This document shows, piece after piece, positions 8,864 through 16,546 of a stretch of 24,000 bases of DNA; position 1 is the stretch's first letter, and each line of letters starts with the position of its first letter. The notes beneath the pieces are model-generated. The model saw only the letters and a program-made list of their open reading frames with translations. It did no database searches and was not told the origin of the DNA. The position numbers and the translations under genes are program-made. This stretch comes from Lachnospiraceae bacterium (GTDB lineage Bacteria; Bacillota; Clostridia; Lachnospirales; Lachnospiraceae): NCBI GenBank assembly GCA_021203205.1, contig JAJQBQ010000044.1:149630-173629 (forward strand). Direction: 5' to 3'.

Positions 8864-9340
8864 ATGGAACAGAAAACTCTTGCGAAATGGTTGAAGTGCA
8901 TCATCCTGGGAATCGGATTTTGCGGCATTATTTTCTATGCGCTGGTGCCTGTCTGCGGCGACGCAGCACTGGACTGGTATCCGGAATTTGCAAACCGTTA
9001 CTGGCCGTGGGTCATCTTTCTGTGGATAACGGGAGTGCCCTGCTATGTTGTGCTGGTGTTTGCCTGGAAAATCGCGGCATGTATTGGCCAAGACCGCTCG
9101 TTTTCCATGGACAACGCCAGGTATTTTAAGTGGATCTCCTATGTGGCGGCGGGAGATACCTTATTCTTCTTCTTTGGAAATGTTCTGCTGTTACTGCTTG
9201 ACATGAGTCATCCCGGAGTGATGTTAGCCCTGATGCTGGTGGTATTTATCGGCGTGGCGGTCACCGTCGCCTCGGCTGCTCTGTCGCATCTGGTGAAAAA
9301 AGCCTCGGAGCTGCAGGAACAGAGCGACCTGACGATTTGA
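8864..9340 (+). CDS. DUF2975 family membrane protein
   Basis: Four predicted TMs with internal AACIGQDRSFSMDNARYFKWISYVAAGD, typical of DUF2975; CGGAGGAAACGCAAATG start region; Xre gene downstream is the common partner. Confidence 0.75.
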   Translation: MEQKTLAKWLKCIILGIGFCGIIFYALVPVCGDAALDWYPEFANRYWPWVIFLWITGVPCYVVLVFAWKIAACIGQDRSFSMDNARYFKWISYVAAGDTLFFFFGNVLLLLLDMSHPGVMLALMLVVFIGVAVTVASAALSHLVKKASELQEQSDLTI

Positions 9341-9420
9341 CAGCAGGGTTCAAAAATGAAGTTAACGCGTAAGCACAGGAGTTTTGCAGAGCAGAACTTA
9401 TTTCAGAAATTTGAAGTTTA

Positions 9421-9530
9421 CTTCCCGGATTCTGGAGTGAACGACTTTTGCGTAAGCACATAAGATCAGCGAAGCTGATCTTAGTGACATTCAGCAGAGA
9501 TGAAGTCGAATGTCGCTTAAGTATCGTTTT
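9421..9530 (+). repeat. Copy C of the degenerate intergenic element with two hairpins
   Basis: CTTCCCGGATTCTGGAGTGAACGACTTTTGCG resembles copy B TTCCCGATCATTGAAGTGAACGGCTTTTATG; perfect hairpins AAGATCAGC-GAA-GCTGATCTT and GACATTC...GAATGTC (9486-9492/9508-9514). Confidence 0.5.
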
Positions 9531-9623
9531 ATGGAACTCATGTGGTTACGCATTACTGAAGAAAATGCTTTACATTTTCTTTGGAAGGATCCTGTTGAGT
9601 CACATCGTAATAGGAGGAAACTC

Positions 9624-9845
9624 ATGGAAGGCGAAATTATTTTTAATATCGATGTGATGCTCGCAAAGAGGAAGATGAGCGTGACCGAGCTGTCAGAGCG
9701 CGTCGGCATCACGATGGCGAACGTGTCGATCCTCAAAAACGGGAAGGCTAAAGCGATAAAAATATCTACGCTCTTAAAACTCTGTGAGGCGCTGGACTGC
9801 CAGCCGGGTGATTTGCTGGAATACAGGAAAGGCGGTGTGGAATGA
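9624..9845 (+). CDS. Small Xre/Cro-C1 (YozG-like) helix-turn-helix regulator
   Basis: FNIDVMLAKRKMSVTELSERVGITMANVSILKNGKAKAIKISTLLKLCEALDCQPGDLLEY; AGGAGG RBS at 9612-9617 before ATG 9624. Confidence 0.9.
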   Translation: MEGEIIFNIDVMLAKRKMSVTELSERVGITMANVSILKNGKAKAIKISTLLKLCEALDCQPGDLLEYRKGGVE

Positions 9846-10309
9846 GGAAACGGAAAGGCCGGATCATCGCGGTGGCAATTCTGATTTTTGCCGTGCTCCT
9901 GGGAATTGCCTGCCTGTGCAGATGGTTTTTCGATTATTCTTCTGTTTTGTATGCAAACTGGGGATTCTCCCTGCCCATAAAAGCCGGTTATTCCGAAATA
10001 TACAGCCGGAGCACCGAAGCATCCTGGCACGGTGACGGGATCCGCTACCATGTCTTTTCCTGTAAAAATACGGAACCTGTCTCTGAAATGTTTGACTGGC
10101 AGCTGACGGAAAGGGCCACGCAGGATTGTGAGAGTTATTCCGAGGCCGTGGAAAAGTGGCTTGCCGAGATTTCGGTGCCGGAGGAGGAGTACCCGGACAT
10201 GGAAGAATGCTGCTGGTGGTATCAGTCGCGGGCAGTTGGCGGCGACGAGATTCTGGTGTTATGGAATGAGAGCGAAGGGAAATTGTATATCGTGGAGTAT
10301 TTTCTGTAG
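9842..10309 (+). CDS. Membrane-anchored small protein of unknown function
   Basis: Start overlaps the regulator stop (ATGA, 9842-9845); N-terminal TM RIIAVAILIFAVLLGIACLCRW then soluble domain. Confidence 0.65.
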   Translation: MRKRKGRIIAVAILIFAVLLGIACLCRWFFDYSSVLYANWGFSLPIKAGYSEIYSRSTEASWHGDGIRYHVFSCKNTEPVSEMFDWQLTERATQDCESYSEAVEKWLAEISVPEEEYPDMEECCWWYQSRAVGGDEILVLWNESEGKLYIVEYFL

Positions 10310-10476
10310 AGATGAAAACCGGAAATATGTGCATGGCATATGGGTTAAAAGCCCGTGAAGCCGTGATGCAGGAAATTTTGAATCCCGACATTACGTGCAT
10401 AAAATGTGCATTTTTGGTTCTACAGATGAATGAGTTGTTCAAAAAGAAAGAGCTTTTTAAAACGAGGAAAAATGCT

Positions 10477-10923
10477 ATGAAAAAAATAAAACACAAGCGT
10501 CTGGTGATAACCTTTGCAGTTCTGGCAGTTCTCGTGCTTCTCGCCGCACTTTTTTGCTGGTGGAATTCACCGGAACAAATCTATGCAAGAAATAAAGAAG
10601 CATTGGAAGAAGCCGTCCAGACGATACAGAAAACAGGGAGTACAAAAGATATCGACATAGGCGGTGTTAGCAGCATTGTTTATCTGTCAGAAGCGGAGAC
10701 AAAGCATCCGGTGATCGAATTTCATACATCTTCCTTTGGCGTTATGCCGCCGGCACCGTATGTGGGCCTGTATTATTCCGTTGACGGCTGTCCGGTCGCC
10801 GATGAGTCAGGCGCAAATCTCATTGCAGACGGAGACAGCTGGCGGTGGGTCGGAACAGGGGATAATAAGGGAACGACCTGGCAGATCGAAGGAAACTGGT
10901 ATGCGTATACGGCGTGGTATTAA
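10477..10923 (+). CDS. Small membrane-anchored protein of unknown function
   Basis: ORF 10312-10923 but ATG 10477 (MKKIKHKRLVITFAVLAVLVLLAALFCWW) preceded by GAGG gives a clean signal anchor. Confidence 0.65.
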   Translation: MKKIKHKRLVITFAVLAVLVLLAALFCWWNSPEQIYARNKEALEEAVQTIQKTGSTKDIDIGGVSSIVYLSEAETKHPVIEFHTSSFGVMPPAPYVGLYYSVDGCPVADESGANLIADGDSWRWVGTGDNKGTTWQIEGNWYAYTAWY

Positions 10924-11301
10924 TTGCGGTTTTAATGACGAAAGAGCGGAAAATACGAAGAAAGGTGAGGGATAACCTTTGTGGTCAGCAGAGAGCATGA
11001 GCAGGCACGGACACATAAGGCAACCATGGATCGTTACACTCTTTGACTGTGACGTAAAACAGGACTTATTTATTCACAGCAATAAAAAAGCGTATTTATG
11101 TTAATTAAAAAAGCTTGCGCCAAACCATCGAATGTGTTAGGATTACCGCAGGAAGCAGGGGAAGGCACCCATAAGAAAAAACGAAATACTTCCGGGAAAT
11201 ATGCGAGCGACAATAGGAAATGAAACACGAATTTTGTTCATTTGTTTTTGCCGCTTGTGTCAGACAATCTTATATGGCATCAATGCAAGGGGGAGACACC
11301 C

Positions 11302-11991
11302 ATGGATAAAAATGTGATTGTATTTGATGAGCATGAGAACGAAATCGGGACGACCTGGCTCAAACGGGCGAGGGGGCTTGTAAAGAAAGGCAGGGCGTGC
11401 TTCGTTTCGGAAAATGCGATTCGTCTTACGTCCGTGCCGGAATATAATATGGAGGACGATAAGATGTCAAAAAATAGAATCGAACCAATGGAAAATATAG
11501 ATGCCGCCAACGAGGCTGCGGTGGAGATGAAAACCGCGGCACAGGCATCGCCAGTGAACAGCACAGAGGAAGCCGCAGGTGTTGCAGCGCCTGAAAATCG
11601 CTATACATTAGCGTATGCTTTAGAGCAGATTGCGGCAATTCAGAAGCAGAACGAAGAACTGGATGGTTTGCTCCGCGAATTCCTGGATGAGTATATTCGC
11701 GGTCGTGAGGGCGAGCAAAAGCCTGAGGGAGATAGAGCTGCTCTGGCTGCGGAGGCATTTCGGGATACGGTGAAGTGCCGTGAGACGACGAACCAGCAGC
11801 TGCTCAGGTTCTATGAAAAGATGTACGATGACCTTAGAAGTGTTTCCGCACAGGATATCCTGAATGCGAAGAAAAACATGATAGAGAAGAACCTCGATAC
11901 CATTGGCTATCTTGGCGTTAATGAATTTGACGTGAACAGAGTCATGGATATGTACAACGCGGCGCAGGATACGATCCGCAGGATGGGATAA
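11302..11991 (+). CDS. Uncharacterised protein with RRXRR/IscB-PLMP-like N-terminal motif and helical C-terminal region
   Basis: GGGGGAGA before ATG 11302; N-terminus NVIVFDEHENEIGTTWLKRARGLVKKGRACFVSENAIRL, remainder charged and helical; no HNH or RuvC motifs. Confidence 0.6.
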   Translation: MDKNVIVFDEHENEIGTTWLKRARGLVKKGRACFVSENAIRLTSVPEYNMEDDKMSKNRIEPMENIDAANEAAVEMKTAAQASPVNSTEEAAGVAAPENRYTLAYALEQIAAIQKQNEELDGLLREFLDEYIRGREGEQKPEGDRAALAAEAFRDTVKCRETTNQQLLRFYEKMYDDLRSVSAQDILNAKKNMIEKNLDTIGYLGVNEFDVNRVMDMYNAAQDTIRRMG

Positions 11992-12024
11992 TTTGACAGC
12001 AGCATAATTGATTTTAAATTTATG

Positions 12025-12052
12025 GGACCTGCCGCTTGCGGCAGGTTCTTTT
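12025..12052 (+). terminator. Intrinsic terminator of gene 11302-11991
   Basis: GGACCTGCCG-CTTG-CGGCAGGTTC followed by TTTT. Confidence 0.85.
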
Positions 12053-12072
12053 AAACAAACGCATATTTATAC

Positions 12073-12224
12073 AACAAAAACTGGGGCAGATAATATCAGT
12101 TATCTGCCCCACAAAAATTCATGGAATAGGCAGGGTGGCAATCCTGCATCTCTTTTAAGACCACTTGGGCGTGACGGCTGCCTGTTCCGTCCTCAGATTC
12201 CATAAAAAAGTCTGTGCCTTACAA
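12073..12224 (-). ncRNA. Candidate orphan small structured RNA, about 150 nt
   Basis: Minus-strand TTGACA (12258-12253), 16-nt spacer, TATAAT (12236-12231); no ORF after it; GGAACAGGCAG (12188-12178) pairs with CUGCCUAUUCC (12133-12123); ends in a perfect 12-bp terminator stem plus TTTTT. Confidence 0.65.
12077..12111 (-). terminator. Terminator of candidate sRNA
   Basis: TGGGGCAGATAA (minus 12111-12100) / TTATCTGCCCCA (12093-12082), 6-nt loop, followed on the minus strand by G then TTTTT. Confidence 0.85.
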
Positions 12225-12230
12225 AGGTTT

Positions 12231-12258
12231 ATTATACTTTTTTTGGCTGAATTGTCAA
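12231..12258 (-). promoter_or_regulatory. Near-perfect sigma-A promoter for candidate sRNA
   Basis: TTGACAATTCAGCCAAAAAAAGTATAAT on the minus strand. Confidence 0.8.
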
Positions 12259-12392
12259 CGGTTAATTTTTGTATTTTGCTTTTGCTTTTTGATTAGTTGT
12301 TTAATGCGTTAACATTGATTGACTCAGATACCAAAAGTTGATTTACGAATTATCCTGCGCTTCGCGCCATTTAATCTTATAAATATTATGAT

Positions 12393-12860
12393 TCAGTCAC
12401 TCAATTTATTAGTCCATTTCCAGGCACGGCCTTTCTCCAGATAATTTGTTAACTGTGCATCCATGAGAGGATACATGGTTCTGTACGATAATTTCCCAGT
12501 AACGGAAATTCGTACAACTACTGCAATGTGATCAGAAAAGTCTTTGATAAAAGAAATACTGCTATCTTTAGGGTGGATAGCCAGATAATCTGGATTCTGA
12601 ATGATATCAGGTATGCTTTCCAAAGCATTAAGGTATGCAGTATCAGACATAAAATCATTTTTATGACGCTCTGTATGAAGCAGACGGTCTTTCCAGAAAA
12701 CGATATCTGTTTCAGATGACAAAACAGATGCCAAAGAAGGAGATTTTTCTTTTAAAAAGTTTACAATATCAGAAGAAATACGTCCAATTCTAACATATTG
12801 TATGTTAGAATCAGCAAAGCTTTCTGTAGAAAACTTTTGATGAAAGCTATCTACTTGCAT
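12393..12860 (-). CDS. Putative PBECR-type (Barnase/EndoU/ColicinE5/RelE-like) nuclease or toxin, orphan
   Basis: RLLHTERHKNDFMSDTAYLNALESIPDIIQNPDYLAIHPKDSSISFIKDFSDHIAVVVRISVTGKLSYRTMYPL matches the general H...H...IP.ii.nPd...vvv.....RT pattern of PBECR domains; AAAGGAGGTGAT RBS before ATG 12860. Confidence 0.55.
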   Translation of the reverse strand: MQVDSFHQKFSTESFADSNIQYVRIGRISSDIVNFLKEKSPSLASVLSSETDIVFWKDRLLHTERHKNDFMSDTAYLNALESIPDIIQNPDYLAIHPKDSSISFIKDFSDHIAVVVRISVTGKLSYRTMYPLMDAQLTNYLEKGRAWKWTNKLSD

Positions 12861-13130
12861 GTTTAATCACCTCCTTTGAGAATCGAACTAATGTTCGCGC
12901 AATTGTATCATGGAAGAGTATCTATGTCAAGGACAAGTTTTTAGAAAAGTCTTGTATTCCAAATTGAGTGTAGCCGTATACTTTCCCCTAATCCAACCAG
13001 TCAGGAGGTTTCCCGAAGTTTAAATACAAATACTATAATTTACTTGACATCAATACACAAACATGTAAAATTCACTTCATATCCAAAGCCACCATAAATC
13101 ACGCGCATCAGAAAGGATAAGAGGCTCCAC

Positions 13131-16100
13131 ATGAACGAAATTGAAAGTCTGAAAATACGGGTATCCCAGCTTGAGAAGGAAAATGAATATCTGCGAACTC
13201 TGTTGACAAATGCCGGAATCTCTTTCGAGTCAGAAGACAAATCAACGAAATGTGATAAATATGATCCGAACCAGGGAAGCCGTATCATTCCCAAAACGGA
13301 ATTCACTACGGATGATGCGAATGATTTTTTTGTGATGTTTCGCGGTCGGATGGATTTATACAGCAAGCGTACCGTCTCAAAAGCGAAAGGAACAGCCGAT
13401 TATTATCCCCAGTGTCATAAGATCTGGCAGGAGGGATGCCCGAAAAAAGAAGATAAGAAATTTCAGTGCAGCAAGTGCAAGTCGCCTGCATTTATCAGGT
13501 TGGGAAAGGAACAGATTTTCGCGCATCTAAAGGGTTTATCGAAAACTGCAGAGGATGTCATCGGAATCTATCCCCTTTTTCCGGATGATACGTGCCGATT
13601 GATTGTGTATGATTTTGATAACCACGAAGCGGGAGCTGATAAACATGATTTTGCAAATACGGATGATTCCTGGATGGATGAGGTGAATGCGCTTCGCGAA
13701 ATTTGCAGGGTGAACGGAATCGACGCGCTGGTGGAGCGTTCCAGATCGGGCAGAGGCGCACATGTATGGATTTTCTTTCAGGGGAAAATAGAGGCCAGCC
13801 TTGCCAGAAAGTTTGGGTTTATGCTTCTCGGAAAAGGAGCAGAGTCTGTTGATCTGAAAAATTTCAGGTATTATGATCGCATGTATCCGATGCAGGATCA
13901 TTTACCGGAGGGCGGTTTTGGAAACCTGATTGCGCTGCCGCTGCAGGGGCAGGCGCTGAAAAACGGAAACAGCGCGTTTGTTGATGAACACTGGAATGCG
14001 TATCCGGATCAGTGGGCGGTGTTGAGGTCAAAGAGAAGATTAAGCAGGGATTTTATCGAAGAAAAAATAAAGGAATGGAGTATGCAGACTTCCATTCCGT
14101 CCATTCCATTGGATGAGATATCTGAGAAAACAAATGAGAAGCCGTGGAACAAATCGAAGAGCTTTCAAATGGAAGATGTAAAAGGAGCGCTTCATATTTC
14201 ACTGGCGGATGCGGTTTATGTAAAAACATCGAACCTCACCCCCAGAATCCGTAATCAAATTCGGAGACTGGCAGCTTTTAGCAACCCGGAATTCTATAAA
14301 AATCAGGCGATGGGATTATCGAACTTTAAAAACTCCAGTTACATTTATCTGGGGGAAGATGCCGATGGGTATATCCGAATTCCCAGGGGATTGTTGGATA
14401 ATCTTAAAGAAAATTGTGAGAATGCAGGCATTCCTTACGAAATCGAAGATCATCGCTGTGCAGGGCATGATATAAAAGTAAAATTTACCGGAAATTTAAA
14501 AGAATCTCAGATCACAGCGGTTCAGGCGTTGGAAAAGTATGATACCGGAATTTTACATGCGGCCACGGCGTTTGGAAAGACAGTAGTCTCCTGTGATATG
14601 ATCGCGCGAAAACATGTAAATACGCTGATTCTATTGCAGAACTCGACACTGATGGAGCAGTGGGAAAAAGCGATAGAGAACTTTTTGGAGATTGATGAGG
14701 AACCACCGGAATATCAGACACCGAGTGGGAGAACCAGAGTTCGGAAAAGCGTGGTCGGTCGTCTGCAGGGAGCCCACGATTCTACAACGGGGATCATTGA
14801 CATTGCAATGGTTGGCTCTTTATGTAAGAAAGGGATATTCCATGAAAAGCTCAAACAATATGGAATGGTCATCCTGGATGAGTGCCATCACGCTGCTTCA
14901 GATACAATTGTGGATGTCTTACAGGAAGTACGTGCGAAATACGTGTATGGTGTAACTGCGACTCCGAACAGAGGTGACAGGCTGGAAAAGATAAATGAAA
15001 TGCTGTTGGGGAGAGTTCGCTACCGATTTACTTCGAAAGATCGCGCCAGGGAGCAGGGGATTGCACACCTGGTTGTTCCACGCTTTACCAGAGCGGTAGC
15101 CCCAAGATTTGGAAATGACAGAATGCACCCGAATGAAGCATATGAACTTTTAAGAAACAATGAGGATCGGGATGAGATGATCCTGTGTGATGTTCGAAAA
15201 TGTGTGGAAAGCGGACGGACGCCGGTCATCCTTTCAAGATATGTTGATCATTCGCGCAAATTATATGAGCGTCTGCAAGGGTGCGCAGATCGGATATTTT
15301 TACTGTCCGGCGAGAATTCTAAAAAGGAACATCGGAAAATCATAGAGCAGATGAACCGTGTGTCAGCAGACGAAAGCATGATATTGATCGGAACAGGCAA
15401 ACTGGTCGGCGAGGGATTTGATTTTCCACGATTGGACACGCTGATCATGGCAACGCCGGTATCTGGAAAAAATGTCGTGGAGCAATATGCCGGGCGTCTG
15501 AACAGAGATTATGAGGGGAAAGAGGATGTCATAATCTATGACTATGTGGACATTCATATCAGTGTGTTTGAAAAAATGTATAATAAGCGGCTGAAAGCCT
15601 ACCGACAGATTGGGTATGACATGTATACGGAAACACGAATAATGAAAGAAAAGGGTAAGAAGAAAAGCGAAGGAAAAGATGAGGGGAAAGACGAAGGTGG
15701 CAACGATAGAGAAGATGAGTCAGCACAGAGTCCCGGTGCTATCTATGATGCGGGAAATTATCTTGAAAGATACAGGCAGGATCTGTGCCGGGCTGGAAGT
15801 GAAATCATCTTGTCAAGCCCGGTAATCAGTAGCGGGAAAGTAGATGAACTCATTGAATGGCTCCAGGAAAAGCAGCAAAGCGGCGTGAAGGTTCACATCG
15901 TCACATGGAAACCGGACATGTATGGTTTCGGAGACAGCGCGTACTGGATGGAATTGCAGGAGCGAATGCGGAACGCGGGATTTGAGATGAACCTGGTTGA
16001 AGATTACTGCCTGCACTATTGTATTGTTGACAGGGAATTGGTCTGGTACGGGAGTATGAATTTCCTTGGAAAGGAAGACACAGAAGATAATCTTATGAGA

Positions 16101-16178
16101 GTGTGCAATAAAAGTATTGCGGCAGAATTGCTGGAGATGACTTTTGGAGATGGAAATTATTGGGGAGAACGGATGTGA
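13131..16178 (+). CDS. TOTE conflict-system type archaeo-eukaryotic primase + superfamily 2 helicase + C-terminal phospholipase D-like domain
   Basis: AEP: LIVYDFDNHE and RSRSGRGAHVWIFF, LIALPLQGQ; zinc-binding insert CHKIWQEGC...CSKC; SF2: HAATAFGKT, VILDECHHAASD, GVTATPNRGD, QYAGRLNR; C-terminus HIVTWKPDMYG...CLHYCIVDRELVWYGSMNFLG; N-terminal coiled coil. Confidence 0.88.
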   Translation: MNEIESLKIRVSQLEKENEYLRTLLTNAGISFESEDKSTKCDKYDPNQGSRIIPKTEFTTDDANDFFVMFRGRMDLYSKRTVSKAKGTADYYPQCHKIWQEGCPKKEDKKFQCSKCKSPAFIRLGKEQIFAHLKGLSKTAEDVIGIYPLFPDDTCRLIVYDFDNHEAGADKHDFANTDDSWMDEVNALREICRVNGIDALVERSRSGRGAHVWIFFQGKIEASLARKFGFMLLGKGAESVDLKNFRYYDRMYPMQDHLPEGGFGNLIALPLQGQALKNGNSAFVDEHWNAYPDQWAVLRSKRRLSRDFIEEKIKEWSMQTSIPSIPLDEISEKTNEKPWNKSKSFQMEDVKGALHISLADAVYVKTSNLTPRIRNQIRRLAAFSNPEFYKNQAMGLSNFKNSSYIYLGEDADGYIRIPRGLLDNLKENCENAGIPYEIEDHRCAGHDIKVKFTGNLKESQITAVQALEKYDTGILHAATAFGKTVVSCDMIARKHVNTLILLQNSTLMEQWEKAIENFLEIDEEPPEYQTPSGRTRVRKSVVGRLQGAHDSTTGIIDIAMVGSLCKKGIFHEKLKQYGMVILDECHHAASDTIVDVLQEVRAKYVYGVTATPNRGDRLEKINEMLLGRVRYRFTSKDRAREQGIAHLVVPRFTRAVAPRFGNDRMHPNEAYELLRNNEDRDEMILCDVRKCVESGRTPVILSRYVDHSRKLYERLQGCADRIFLLSGENSKKEHRKIIEQMNRVSADESMILIGTGKLVGEGFDFPRLDTLIMATPVSGKNVVEQYAGRLNRDYEGKEDVIIYDYVDIHISVFEKMYNKRLKAYRQIGYDMYTETRIMKEKGKKKSEGKDEGKDEGGNDREDESAQSPGAIYDAGNYLERYRQDLCRAGSEIILSSPVISSGKVDELIEWLQEKQQSGVKVHIVTWKPDMYGFGDSAYWMELQERMRNAGFEMNLVEDYCLHYCIVDRELVWYGSMNFLGKEDTEDNLMRVCNKSIAAELLEMTFGDGNYWGERM

Positions 16179-16309
16179 GGAGTTAATGCAGAGTGACATG
16201 AAAGGAAAAATCAGAATTACATCTTTACTTTTTAAGAGAATGATTTTATACTGATTTTTGGGCATAGGAGTTCGCAAAATAGCGAGATGAAAGAAAGTGG
16301 GATATAAAT

Positions 16310-16519
16310 ATGACCGATAAGCAGAGAGAAATGATTGAGTACACGACACAGGATATTATCGCGTTCATTATGGAGGACAAAAACCTGAATATGGATGAGG
16401 CAATGGAGTTGTTTTATACATCTGTGACATTTGAAAAGCTTACAGATATAGAAACAGGTCTATATTTACAGGGTTCATCGTATGTCTATGAATTGTTTAA
16501 CAGGGAGCATAGGCACTGA
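16310..16519 (+). CDS. Small acidic protein, unknown function
   Basis: 69 aa, MTDKQREMIEYTTQDIIAFIMEDKNLNMDEAMELFYTSVTFEKLTDIETGLYLQGSSYVYELFNREHRH; between two co-oriented larger genes. Confidence 0.6.
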   Translation: MTDKQREMIEYTTQDIIAFIMEDKNLNMDEAMELFYTSVTFEKLTDIETGLYLQGSSYVYELFNREHRH

Positions 16520-16546
16520 AAATCAGATAAAACGGGAGGAACGAGT

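Noticed and set aside
12008-12205. 65-aa plus-strand ORF
   Set aside because: Starts before a strong terminator and is antisense to the candidate sRNA; no RBS or domain.
11302-12224. IscB/OMEGA nuclease locus
   Set aside because: Only the N-terminal motif is reminiscent; RuvC and HNH motifs are absent and the candidate RNA is downstream on the opposite strand, so a functional OMEGA system is not supported.
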